Source: Candidatus Tectimicrobiota bacterium (GTDB lineage: Bacteria > JACPUC01). Taken from it: a DNA stretch of 64,000 nucleotides. Positions 48,101 through 56,995 of the stretch are shown here, piece after piece. The stretch is from NCBI GenBank assembly GCA_016192455.1, contig JACPUC010000008.1, positions 1-64,000 on the forward strand, written 5' to 3'. The number at the start of each line of letters is the position of its first letter. Positions within the stretch are counted from its first letter, which is position 1. The translations under genes were made by a program, and so were the position numbers. The notes under the pieces were generated by a model. It did no database searches and was not told the DNA's origin. It worked only from the letters and a program-made list of their open reading frames with translations.

Positions 48101-51093
48101 CGGCGGCGGGAGACCTGCGCAGTGGTGAAACCGTTGACAACCTCCTCTTCCTCCACTCGCTCGATGGGGCTGCCTGGCAAGGCCTCGCCACCACTCCGCC
48201 GGCGGCGATCGGCGGCGAGGTGCAGGCGGAGCTGCCGACGCTGGGGTTTATCGCCCTCGTCCATCCGCTGGCAACGCGGCAGACCCTCAGCAACGACGGG
48301 CACATCCTTGCCCTGTCGCCCACGAATGTCACCGGCACGGCGGTGAGTCGCCTGATCGAGGCATTCGGCAACGCCTTCGCGCGCCTGCGAGCCCTCCCCT
48401 TCTTCGGCGCCTTCCTCCCCACCATCGCGGAACCACCCGTGACGGTGCGGCTCGTTGCCGGCGCGCCGCCCGGCGGGGTGGTCCGGCCCCTCGTCTCTCT
48501 CAACTCCGGCGCGCCCGCCGCAGCCTACCTACTCGGCGCCTCGATCATCGAGATGCCACCGGACGCCGAGGCCGCCTCCCTCAGCTCCCTCGCCACGCGC
48601 ACCCTCTTTCAGCTCCTTCTCAACCGGCTCTTCGCCGCGCGGGGAGAGGATGAGGTCGTCCTGGCGGAGAACTACGTCTGGCTGCGCCAGGCCAGCGCCC
48701 TCCTCATCGAGAACCTGCTCGAGGACGCGAGCAATCGCTATCGGAGCCTGCTGACCTACCGCTTCCTGAACCACCCGCCCGCGGAGTGGGCGTACTCCGC
48801 CGAGGGGGCGGACGGGGCGCTCGTGCCGGAGCGCGGCCCCGCCCTCTTCCTCATGATGCTCGACGACCTCGCCCGTCTTGCGAACCACGGCACGGCTGCG
48901 GCGACGCCCGCGCGGGGCGTGGCGAAGCGCCAGCAGCTCGACGATTCAGGCACTGCAGCCGGCGAGGCGCCAGGCGACACGGCGATGCAGGCCGGCAGCG
49001 AAGAACCGCCGACACCGGCAGCGCCGGCCGTCGTGCGCGATGACGGGCTGCTCCTTCTCGATGCCGAGAGCTTCTCACTGCTCGCGCCCCTCCTCGCCCG
49101 CGCCGCGCAGAACGCCGATGGCGGCGTCCACACCTTGCGCGGCAGCTTCCTGTCGCGCAGCGCTCTGCCGGCGAGCATTGCGGCGGCCCTGCCGGCGGAG
49201 GCCGAGGGGATCATGGGCGACGCGGAGGGTCTGCTGCGCATCGCCCCGGCGCGACTCCCCGGCGCCGCCTCTCCGCTCCTGGAGACACTCTACCAGAACT
49301 TCAGCCCTCAGCTCGCAGCCTTCGATAACGTGCAGCAGGCCCTCATCCTGCTGGGGATCACCGGCTCGCCCCACCCCCTGCTCAACGACTTCGCCGAGCA
49401 GCTCTGGGCCGCCGGCGAAACGCGGGAGCTGCGCCAGGTGCGCGAGGCGAACGATGCCCCCCTGGGGCGCACGCTGGAGAGCCTGGGGCTTTTCGAACAG
49501 CCACCCTTGTCGATCTGGGCCGGCGTGGCCGAGCCGAATCGGCTGCTCCTGACCCCCGCCACGCTGCGTACGGGACTCCTGCTGACCACCGAGCCCCGCC
49601 CGGCTCGCACCTCCCGCGCCTGGCTCATGGCGCCCGACGCGCAGACCGCGGCGGGGGCCACGCTGGTGCTCGTCGATGAGGCGAACGCCGGGCTGCGAGG
49701 CTCGCTCTTCGGCCTGCGGGAAGCCTCGGACGGCACGCTGTCGGCGAAGTTCCTCGCCGCACTCTCGGCGACGGAGCCCGCGGTCGCGCCGGGGATCGGC
49801 CAGGCCGGGCCGCTCAATGCGGCGCCGGAGACCTACGCCGGGGCCATCCTCGTGCTGACGAATCCGGACGAGGCGCCTCGGACGCCTCCCCGCATCCCCC
49901 AGGTGCGCCTCCTGGCGCTCAGCCTCAGCGCTTTGCAGCCGAGCGAGCCCGCCGGCGATCAGCCGTTGACGATCACCGGCAGCGGCTTCATCAGCGAAAC
50001 CCCCGCCGCCTACCGCGTCGTCTTTCCGAACGGCCGCGTCGTCACGCCGGACAGTGTCAATCCCGCGCGGTCCAGCCTCATCGTGACGCCGCCTGTGGAG
50101 GTGGAGAGCGGCACCCTGCACCTCGAGCTCTTCGGGGTGCCGAGCAACCACCTAGCTTTCCTGGCCGCGACGACCCCTCTCACCGGCGTCGTGCGCGGCG
50201 CCGCGGGTGAGGTGCTGGCGGGGGCCACGGTGCGCCTCCCGGCCCTGGAGCGCGAGGCGACCACCGACGCGGAGGGGCGCTATCGCCTCGCCCTGCCGCG
50301 GGCCCTCGGAGCGGCCAACATCCGCTTGAGCGTGGAGGCGACCGCCGCGGGCTTCCTGATGGGAGAGCAGACGGTGCGCTTCACCGGCGCGCCGTTGGCG
50401 GTGGACTTTGAACTCTTCGCGGAGGGCATTGAGCCGGGCACCATCCCCTTGCGCGGCACGGTCCTCGACGCGGCCTTCCGGCCGATCCCCGGCGCCACCG
50501 TGGAAGTCCCGGTGCTGCAGCGCGTGGTGGCCACCGACGCCAACGGCGCCTACGAGTTCGGCATCCCCCAGGAGCTCGGCAGCGTCAACCTGCGCATCCA
50601 GATCATCGCCCGGGCGCCGTTCTTCGAGACCGTCACGCAGACCCTCACCATCATCCTCGAGCCCCTCACCGTCGACTTCATCCTCCCCATCTCCCCCTTC
50701 AGCAGGGTCCTCGACGCCGCGCGTCACCACCTTGGCGATGACGACTTCTCGACGTCGGTCAACACTGGGCTTACCCTGCCGTCGGAGGGGGCGACCTACA
50801 CGCTCAGCTTCGATTTGCGCGAGGTCATTTCCTTCACCGGGATCTTCCGGCAGGGAACAATCCTCCTCAATGTCGTTGGGGTGCAGCTCAACAACCCCAT
50901 CACCCTGAACGGCACGCTCCTCGGCGCGGTGGCGCAGAACGGCGACGGCATCGCCTTCTCGTTCCCCCCAACGCTCCTGCGCCGGGAAGGCAACATCCTG
51001 CAGATCACCTCCGTCTCCAGCAGCAGCATCGACTTCGTGCCCAACAACCTGGACGACTTCGAGTTCTCCAACCTGCGCCTCGATCTGCGCTGA
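45190..51093 (+). CDS. Very large secreted multi-domain surface protein (IPT/TIG, carboxypeptidase-regulatory-like repeats, FN3-like, degenerate peptidase-like domain)
   Basis: Signal peptide (AAA-Q), LLDNGQGGDRVAGDKTYT motif, ITIRGSGF/ITGSGF IPT motifs, about six G.V..GA.V..TD..G.F/Y repeats; start tentative. Confidence 0.85.
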   Translation: MSFRTSADHLHRNRAAWRGGALLGCRLVAASLLWCMSWSATAAAQGGIASISPKGALQGQTLTVTINATGTNFNSTTSVRFSGEGVGVLSLTVQSATRLSLRVQVEATAPRQNRTVTVTTNSISIPPGSFIIDAAFDVLTALNEYRVDNSGVGSFLLEVVPLARFQPEPAIESVTVDLRQFGVTDLLTLLDNGQGGDRVAGDKTYTTRVTIPAATTEQIFQAPIRVLESVQDSTSTGFARIIVEEASDPFILGITPQGAIPGGSITIRGSGFDRTPANNVVRLGAETLQVSAVTVEESFVLLTALLPATAATGSVTVSRGRKTSNAVSYGVGTASILGTVLATDTGQPLRGATVSLTPLGRSAVSGTSGDYQLLNLPRGTYTLTASLSSFLSAQVENVAVTSAGVQTIDFSLPRVTTAAGGISGRVLNAVSGAALPAITVRAGTASTSTDAQGAFTLTSIPAGGATVSVQAAGFEPFSTTVTVQAGGETALTIRLTPTPTDGGAGERRGRIVGIVLNDLTGAAVPGANVQAGAAATQADAAGAFTLENLPAGELAVAAQADGFTPLTTGVTVQADQETALTIRLTPTPTDGGAGEQRGRIVGVVLNDRNGAAVPGARVQAGAATQTNSAGEFTLGNLPAGELTIAAQADGFTPLTTSVTVQADQETALTIRLTPTGPAPGTPEVTIQPQAVRRQPFTFQFTLADADGVASLDLGTLRVTFNGAEVSEAVRAGIAAQTISQQAISAAATTFSVAGLTLPPGRAAISISVADMEGRVGGAEVRYAITAFPSLAPQVPEVAATPLADGIQMRWGTVGDAPTTFRVYVGQPTAFDSPAFTRSLELEDATEARLGGLAQDQLSFFAVTAQTADAAEGLRIPQAKLVPVPAAQRSSVSAQQARQTALQGLGGLTVTIPANGLPASGTLTLSAMQEQSLPRPLADSFVRLVGGFVYDLNLEGQFLTRLASPAILSRLAAAGDLRSGETVDNLLFLHSLDGAAWQGLATTPPAAIGGEVQAELPTLGFIALVHPLATRQTLSNDGHILALSPTNVTGTAVSRLIEAFGNAFARLRALPFFGAFLPTIAEPPVTVRLVAGAPPGGVVRPLVSLNSGAPAAAYLLGASIIEMPPDAEAASLSSLATRTLFQLLLNRLFAARGEDEVVLAENYVWLRQASALLIENLLEDASNRYRSLLTYRFLNHPPAEWAYSAEGADGALVPERGPALFLMMLDDLARLANHGTAAATPARGVAKRQQLDDSGTAAGEAPGDTAMQAGSEEPPTPAAPAVVRDDGLLLLDAESFSLLAPLLARAAQNADGGVHTLRGSFLSRSALPASIAAALPAEAEGIMGDAEGLLRIAPARLPGAASPLLETLYQNFSPQLAAFDNVQQALILLGITGSPHPLLNDFAEQLWAAGETRELRQVREANDAPLGRTLESLGLFEQPPLSIWAGVAEPNRLLLTPATLRTGLLLTTEPRPARTSRAWLMAPDAQTAAGATLVLVDEANAGLRGSLFGLREASDGTLSAKFLAALSATEPAVAPGIGQAGPLNAAPETYAGAILVLTNPDEAPRTPPRIPQVRLLALSLSALQPSEPAGDQPLTITGSGFISETPAAYRVVFPNGRVVTPDSVNPARSSLIVTPPVEVESGTLHLELFGVPSNHLAFLAATTPLTGVVRGAAGEVLAGATVRLPALEREATTDAEGRYRLALPRALGAANIRLSVEATAAGFLMGEQTVRFTGAPLAVDFELFAEGIEPGTIPLRGTVLDAAFRPIPGATVEVPVLQRVVATDANGAYEFGIPQELGSVNLRIQIIARAPFFETVTQTLTIILEPLTVDFILPISPFSRVLDAARHHLGDDDFSTSVNTGLTLPSEGATYTLSFDLREVISFTGIFRQGTILLNVVGVQLNNPITLNGTLLGAVAQNGDGIAFSFPPTLLRREGNILQITSVSSSSIDFVPNNLDDFEFSNLRLDLR
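46651..47214 (+). repeat. Intragenic tandem duplication (267 bp + 264 bp + partial third unit)
   Basis: GAGACGGCGCTCAC... recurs at 46651, 46918 and 47182, with long identical DNA stretches. Confidence 0.9.
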
Positions 51094-51364
51094 GCTGAGG
51101 TTTGACGCGGCACGGGCGGGAGAAATGTCGTACATTGTAAGGAGTAAGGAGCTTCACGACGCGCGGAGCCGGCGCGGCAGGCGGCGTCGCCCCGCATGGT
51201 TTGGCGGGGACGTGCCCATCACCGTGCCCCGGGGCGCGCGGGAGCTCGCCTCGTCGCGGCCCGCTCCGCGGCGGCGCCGCGCCGGCGCAGGCCGCCGGCC
51301 CGGCGCGGGAGAGCGGGGGAAGCGGGTCCCGCACGCCCCGTGCGCCAGCGTGAGGAGACTCAGC

Positions 51365-52624
51365 ATGCTCCAGACGAGAGTGGCCGTCGCCCTTGGAGCG
51401 CTCGTCCTGTTCTGCTTCGCGGCAGTGCTCCCTCCCCTGGTTCCGGCCGCCGAGGGCCAAGCGGCGGCGAGCCTCAGCATCGTCCCCTCCGAGGTGCGCA
51501 GCACCGACCCGGTTGACATCCGCATCACCGCCACCTTCCCCCTCGGTCTGCAGTTCGTCACCGAACCACGCATCTCGTTCAACGGCCGCGACGTCTCGAG
51601 GGAGGTCATCCCTCTCCTGGGGGAGAATCTGGTGAACCTCAACCCCGCGCCGCCGGCGGTCCCCACGTCGCTTACCATCGCGCTCGATGACGTGCGCTTT
51701 CCCCCCGGCCTGCAGGGCGCCTTCGAGTTGAGCTTCAAGGAAGGAACCAGGACCGTCCGCACCACTTTCACGGCGGCGATCCCGCTGCCCGTCGGCATGG
51801 CGCGCCTGACGCCCACGGCGGCGCCCGGGGCGTCGGGCGAAGCGTTCGTCTCCATCCTGACGAACGGCGATGAGCTGGAGGTGACGCTCTCCGTGGCCGG
51901 GCTGCCGCCTGGGACAACGCACGCGAACGCGTTCCACCGCGGCTTCTGCCCCTCCAGCGACCCCGGCGCCGTCGATCGCCAGGGGCCGCCAGTCGTGACG
52001 CTCAACGACCTCAGCGTCGGGGCGGACGGAGCGGGGAGTGCAACGACGCGGGTGGCGAGGACGGACGCCAGCCGCGTGGATCAATCGCTGGCCTCGTTCG
52101 TCGAGCTGCTCTCCGGCTCGTACTACCTCAACGTGCGCAGCGACCCGCGACTCAGCAGCGCCAGCCAGCTCTGCGGCCCGCTGCGCTCCCCGGTCGTCGA
52201 GGTCGAGGCCGACGCCATCCTCGAACCGGCCGCCGCCGAGGCGCGATTCGGCACCGCCACCTTCATCATCGCGCGGGACGGCGAGGAGCCTGGGCCGATT
52301 GGACTCACCCTCATCGGCAACGTCGCCGTGGGGGGGATGGGTGCGGCGGGAGTCCTGGCGAGCCACCTCCATAGCGGCGCCTGTCCCTCGCCCGAGGCGC
52401 CCCAAAGCCTGGGGCCTGCGATCGCGGGGCTGAACGACGTGCACCTCGATGACGCCGGCGCGGGACGGCAGCTCACGATCCTAGCCCTGGGCCAGTTCGC
52501 CTCCCTGGTGGAGGCCGGCGGGGTCGTTGCAGCGCTGCGGGCCGGTCCGTTCGCCGCGGCGGTGCACGCCGGCCCGGCGGCGAGCGATCCCGTGGCGCTC
52601 TGCGGCTCCCTCGTGACGCGCTAG
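51365..52624 (+). CDS. Secreted protein with an Ig-like module and two CHRD/Cu-Zn-SOD-like domains
   Basis: GAGGAG RBS and signal peptide; AFHRGFC...YYLNVR...LCG and SHLHSGAC...AAVH...LCG repeats. Confidence 0.7.
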   Translation: MLQTRVAVALGALVLFCFAAVLPPLVPAAEGQAAASLSIVPSEVRSTDPVDIRITATFPLGLQFVTEPRISFNGRDVSREVIPLLGENLVNLNPAPPAVPTSLTIALDDVRFPPGLQGAFELSFKEGTRTVRTTFTAAIPLPVGMARLTPTAAPGASGEAFVSILTNGDELEVTLSVAGLPPGTTHANAFHRGFCPSSDPGAVDRQGPPVVTLNDLSVGADGAGSATTRVARTDASRVDQSLASFVELLSGSYYLNVRSDPRLSSASQLCGPLRSPVVEVEADAILEPAAAEARFGTATFIIARDGEEPGPIGLTLIGNVAVGGMGAAGVLASHLHSGACPSPEAPQSLGPAIAGLNDVHLDDAGAGRQLTILALGQFASLVEAGGVVAALRAGPFAAAVHAGPAASDPVALCGSLVTR

Positions 52625-52763
52625 CGGGGCGGCGCCGAACCGGTGGCCGCCACGGCGCAGGCGCGGGCCCGCGCGTGCCGTCGGGTTCTCACTTCCGCCT
52701 CAGATCCTGGGACGCCAGCGCCGCCTCCCAACCTTCGCCACGTCTCCTGCCGCACCAGGGCTG

Positions 52764-53879
52764 TCACCCACTCCCACCAGCATAGAAGGCTGCAATCGCC
52801 GCGCAGACTTCTCGCACCGCCTCCTCAGGAAGCTCCGGGAAGAGCGGCAGCGACAGGACCCGTCGCGCCAGCCCCTCAGCGACCGGGAAGGAGCCGCGCG
52901 GCCAGCGGGGACTGCGGTAGGCCGGCTGCTCGTGCAGCGCCAGGGGGTAGTAGACCGCGGTGGCGATACCCCGCTCGGCCAGGAAGGCGCGCAGGCGCTC
53001 GCGCTCCTCGACCTGCACGACGTACTGGTGGTACACCGGCTCAGCTCCCTCCGCGACGCCCGGCCGCGTCACCTGCGGCAGTGGCGCCAGGAGGGCATCG
53101 TAGAGCGCCGCCAGGCGGCGCCGCGCCTCGTTCCATGCCGTCAGGTAGCGCAGCTTCACCCGCAACACCGCCGCCTGGAGCGCGTCGAGGCGGCTGTTCA
53201 CCCCCGGCGTGAGGTGTTCGACCTGGGTGCGCCGCCCGTGATTGCGCAGCAACCGCAGGCGCTCGGCCACCTCCGGCTCCCGGGTGACGACGATCCCCCC
53301 GTCGCCGAGGGCGCCGAGGTTCTTCGTGGGGTAGAAGCTGAAGCAGCCGGCGCGCCCGAAGCCGCCGACGCGCGTCCCGTGCAGCCGTGCTCCATGGGCC
53401 TGCGCCGCGTCTTCAAGGAGGACTACGCCGCGCGGCTCGAGCAGGCGCCGGAGATCGAGGAGCGGCGCGGGATAGCCATAGAGGTGCACGGCGATCACCG
53501 CCTTCGTCGCCGGGCCGAGGACCGGCGCCACCGTGGCCGCGGTCAGCCCCGCATGGGCGGCATCAACATCCGCGAAGACCAGCCGCGCCCCGAGGCGGCT
53601 GACCACCCCGGCCGTCGCAATGAAGGTGAAGGCCGGCACGATGACCTCATCCCCCGGTCCGATGCCGCACGCCTCCAGGGCGAGGATGAGCGCATCCGTC
53701 CCGTTCGCCACGCCAACCCCGTGCGCCACCCCGCAGAAGGCGGCGAACTCGGCCTCGAAGGCGCTCACCTCGTGGCCGAGCACGAAGGCCCCGCTATCGA
53801 GCACGGCCGCGATGGCGGCATCGAGCTCGGCCCGCAAGGGCGCATGCATGGCCTGGAGATCGAGGAGGGGGATGCGCAT
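52764..53879 (-). CDS. DegT/DnrJ/EryC1/StrS sugar aminotransferase
   Basis: IPLLDL, VANGTDAL, EDAAQAHGA, SFYPTKNLGALGDGG and NSRLD motifs. Confidence 0.93.
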   Translation of the reverse strand: MRIPLLDLQAMHAPLRAELDAAIAAVLDSGAFVLGHEVSAFEAEFAAFCGVAHGVGVANGTDALILALEACGIGPGDEVIVPAFTFIATAGVVSRLGARLVFADVDAAHAGLTAATVAPVLGPATKAVIAVHLYGYPAPLLDLRRLLEPRGVVLLEDAAQAHGARLHGTRVGGFGRAGCFSFYPTKNLGALGDGGIVVTREPEVAERLRLLRNHGRRTQVEHLTPGVNSRLDALQAAVLRVKLRYLTAWNEARRRLAALYDALLAPLPQVTRPGVAEGAEPVYHQYVVQVEERERLRAFLAERGIATAVYYPLALHEQPAYRSPRWPRGSFPVAEGLARRVLSLPLFPELPEEAVREVCAAIAAFYAGGSG

Positions 53880-54076
53880 GGTGCTCCTTCGCAGCGTCGA
53901 GGCTTGGCCGCGCCCGTCATACCCCGCAGCGACCCTCGGCGGCACGGCCGGCCGGGCTCGCGCCTTGGACCTCTAGCGCCGCAGTGACGGAGCCGCAAGG
54001 CTGGGAGCGCCGCGCCTTTCGTGGCCCCGCAGCCGCAGCGCGTGCAGGCAGGCTGCATTTCGCTTGCCTCATGTGG

Positions 54077-54091
54077 TACCCTAGGAGGGTG
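54077..54091. promoter_or_regulatory. Candidate CsoR-type operator overlapping an extended -10
   Basis: TACCCTAGGAGGGTG pseudo-palindrome, overlapping TGTGGTACCCT, upstream of copper-related genes. Confidence 0.45.
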
Positions 54092-54233
54092 GCGCCTTTC
54101 CCGCCACGGCGGGCCGGTGGGCCGCTTGCCGGGCAAGGAGATCGCCAGCCGCCCACGAGCCCCTCGCGCCGGGCTGAGGCGCTGGTTGCGCTGCCGCCCC
54201 AGGGGCTGTTTTCTTCCAGGAGTGGTGATCATC

Positions 54234-54818
54234 GTGAATGTTCAGCGCCGGCCTTCTCGCAGCCTCCTTCCCTGCCTGCTGCTCTGCCTCGCCACGCTGG
54301 CGTGGGGGAGCGGCGGCGCCCAGGCCCACGTGGACATCCGACCCCTCGAGGGCGAGCCCGAGGTGTGGCAAATCTACGCCCTCGTCGTCCCCACGGAAAC
54401 GGAATCGCCGACCACGCAGGTTGAGCTGCGGGTGCCGCAGGAGTTCGAAATCGAGGCGGTGCACCACGAGCCGGCCTGGCAGCTTGTCACCGAGCGCAAC
54501 GCCGCAGGCCATGTGACGAGCGTGCGCTGGAGCGGCGGCACCATTCCCCCCTCGACCTTCAAGGAGCTCAAGTTCTTCGCCAAGAACCCGGCGAAACCGG
54601 GGGTGTACAAGTGGATCGCCACGCAGGCCTACGCCGACGGCCGGAGCAGCACCTGGAATGCCCAGTCCCGCGTCCTCCCCGCGGGCCGCGCCGATGCCGA
54701 GGCGGCGGCGCACACCGTCGCCCGCCAGGGTACCACGCTCAGCTACCTGTCGCTGGGCCTGTCGCTCGTGACGCTCCTCATCCTGCTCGTCATCGCCACG
54801 CGCCGTCCGCGGTACTGA
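54234..54818 (+). CDS. YcnI/DUF1775-family copper-binding exported protein
   Basis: AQA-HV mature N-terminal His, VPTE, WSGG.I, NP and Q.YADG..W motifs; C-terminal TM. Confidence 0.85.
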   Translation: MNVQRRPSRSLLPCLLLCLATLAWGSGGAQAHVDIRPLEGEPEVWQIYALVVPTETESPTTQVELRVPQEFEIEAVHHEPAWQLVTERNAAGHVTSVRWSGGTIPPSTFKELKFFAKNPAKPGVYKWIATQAYADGRSSTWNAQSRVLPAGRADAEAAAHTVARQGTTLSYLSLGLSLVTLLILLVIATRRPRY

Positions 54819-55064
54819 GAAAGGCTGATCGCAAGGCGCCTTCGCGGCGGCGCCGTCGAGAGGGCGCCTGGTCTAAGCGCCGCGCGCGCCGCGCGCGAGC
54901 CGGGACGGCGGGCACCCATTCGTACCTCGCGGCGGCGGGAGCTTCGGCCCGGCAAGGAGCCGGCGCACCCTGCGCGTGGGGGAGCGGCTGACGGCGCCCC
55001 GTGAGCGGCGCCCTCCTTCCCCTCCCCTCGCCCGCAACCCTTCAGCCGTTGAAGCTCGAGTCCC

Positions 55065-55658
55065 ATGCCTGGAGAGCACTGGCAGGTCATCTTCTCGCTG
55101 CTCCATATCCTCGGCCTCATCCTCTTCGCCGGGGGGCAGCTCTGGTTCGCCATCATCACCAGCGCCGCCGAGGCTGACGAGATTCTCGACTCTCCAGGTC
55201 CCCTCGCCGCCGCCCTGGCCAGCAGCGGCGCGTCAGCCGGCCACGGAGACATGCCGGGGCTGGTGCCGCGGGTGATCGTGGGGCTGCTGCCGCGCATCGC
55301 CAACTTCAACGGCCTCGGCATCCTCCTCCTGCTGGTGAGCGGCGTGGGCAGGCTGCTCGTCTGGCGCCAACCCGGACTCCTCCTCCTGCCGTCGCTGTAC
55401 GGCTGGCTCCTCTTCGCCAAACTCCTCCTCTACCTCACGCTCGTCGTCAACGGCATCGTTATCGAGCACCGCCACATCGCCACCCTGGTGCGCGTGCACG
55501 ACAGCAGCGCGCCGGACGACCTCGCCCTCTTCCGCCGGCATTGGCTGGCGCTGCGCCGGCGCTCACGCGTCAACTTCGTGCTGACGATGGTCATGGTGGT
55601 CCTCGGTGAGACGCTGGCCCTGAGCCCCGCCTTGGATGGGAACGTTCCGTCACGCTGA
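55065..55658 (+). CDS. CopD-like membrane protein
   Basis: H.L...FAGG, LLVSG and YG.LL.AKL motifs, 4 TM segments, next to YcnI. Confidence 0.6.
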   Translation: MPGEHWQVIFSLLHILGLILFAGGQLWFAIITSAAEADEILDSPGPLAAALASSGASAGHGDMPGLVPRVIVGLLPRIANFNGLGILLLLVSGVGRLLVWRQPGLLLLPSLYGWLLFAKLLLYLTLVVNGIVIEHRHIATLVRVHDSSAPDDLALFRRHWLALRRRSRVNFVLTMVMVVLGETLALSPALDGNVPSR

Positions 55659-55888
55659 CGGCCCCTCCCCCGCTCACGCCGGAGGACGGCTTTGACTCGC
55701 CATGCCGGCCAGTGGTGGGGTGTGTGGCACGACTCTTGCTGTTTTCCAGGCCCAGTTACCTCCTCCTCCAGGGCAGGCTGCGGTCCATCGCCGCGTGGCG
55801 CCGCAGGGTCGCAGCCTGCCACCCCTCTTCCCGCAAGTGTCCTCCCGAGCTCCCGCGCCGCCGCCGCCGCCCCCCCGACGCGCCCCTT

Positions 55889-55917
55889 TTGACATTCCCT
55901 CCCAGGACACCCAGAAT
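55889..55917 (+). promoter_or_regulatory. sigma70-type promoter
   Basis: TTGACA-N17-CAGAAT. Confidence 0.6.
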
Positions 55918-56047
55918 GCGCTGAGGACCCCTCGCGCGCCTCCTTCCGCCACGGGCGGGGGAGTTTCACCCCAGGCGTGAGGGAGAATGACACGCCGCGT
56001 GGCAAGTTTGACACACCTCCCCACCCCCGGATGCCGCGGAGGATACC

Positions 56048-56836
56048 ATGGGTGACGCCTCGCTCCTCGTCGATTGCCGGCAGCATCTTGGCTTGATCAC
56101 GTTCAATCGCCCGGAGGTGCGCAACGCGCTGAGCTACGCGATGTGGCAGGCGCTGCCGGGCATCCTGGACGATCTCGCCGCCAGCCGCGACGTGCGCGTG
56201 GTGATCCTGCGCGGCGCCGGGCGCGACGCCTTTGCCGCCGGCGCCGACATCTCCGAGTTCAAGGAGCTGCGCAGCAACCCGCAGCAGGCCGACGCGTACC
56301 AGCAGACGACGACGCGCGCCTTCGAGGCCCTCTGGAATTTCCCCAAGCCCCTCATCGCCATGGTGCACGGCTACTGTGTGGGCGGCGGCAGCGGCATCGC
56401 CGTCTGCTGCGACCTGCGCATCGCCGACGAGCGCGCCAAGTTCGGCATCCCGGCCGCGAAGCTGGGCCTGGCCTACGAGTTCGGCGGGGTGCGCCGCCTC
56501 GTGCAGGTGGTGGGTCCGATCGCCGCCAAGTATCTGCTGTTCACGGCGCGCCTGCTCAGCGCCGCCGAGGCCCAGGCGCTCGGCTTCGTCAATGCGGTCC
56601 ACCCCGTTGAAGAGCTCGAGCACCACACCCAGGAGCTGGCGGCCACGATCGCCGAGAACGCCCCGCTGGCGGTGCAGTGCGCCAAGTTCTACATCGGCCA
56701 GATTCTGAAGGAGCCGCGCGAACGCGACCGCCAGAGGATCGAGGATCTCTTCACCGCCTGCTACGCCAGCAGGGACTACGCGGCCGGCGTGCAGGCCTTC
56801 CTGGAGAAAAAGAAGCCCATCTTCAGCGGCGAATAG
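56048..56836 (+). CDS. Enoyl-CoA hydratase/isomerase
   Basis: NRPEVRNAL, FAAGADI, PKPLIAMVHGYCVGGG and AFLEKKKP motifs. Confidence 0.93.
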   Translation: MGDASLLVDCRQHLGLITFNRPEVRNALSYAMWQALPGILDDLAASRDVRVVILRGAGRDAFAAGADISEFKELRSNPQQADAYQQTTTRAFEALWNFPKPLIAMVHGYCVGGGSGIAVCCDLRIADERAKFGIPAAKLGLAYEFGGVRRLVQVVGPIAAKYLLFTARLLSAAEAQALGFVNAVHPVEELEHHTQELAATIAENAPLAVQCAKFYIGQILKEPRERDRQRIEDLFTACYASRDYAAGVQAFLEKKKPIFSGE

Positions 56837-56995
56837 CCCCACCTCGCGGCGTGCCGGCAGGCGGCGCGCCAAGCTCACAGCGCCTGCCGCCGAGGCGGCT
56901 GCGCCATGCCCTCCTGCCGCCGACCCACGGTGTGCCGACCGCCGCTCCCCCGCCAGCCGAGACCGGCCCCCCAGGTGGGTCGCGCAGCCCAGCTC

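Noticed and set aside
45343-48303. 986-aa minus-strand ORF and similar long antisense ORFs (7512-9356, 13966-15984, 20262-22364, 28004-30055, 38455-40572)
   Set aside because: They overlap genes with clear motifs on the opposite strand and have no motifs of their own.
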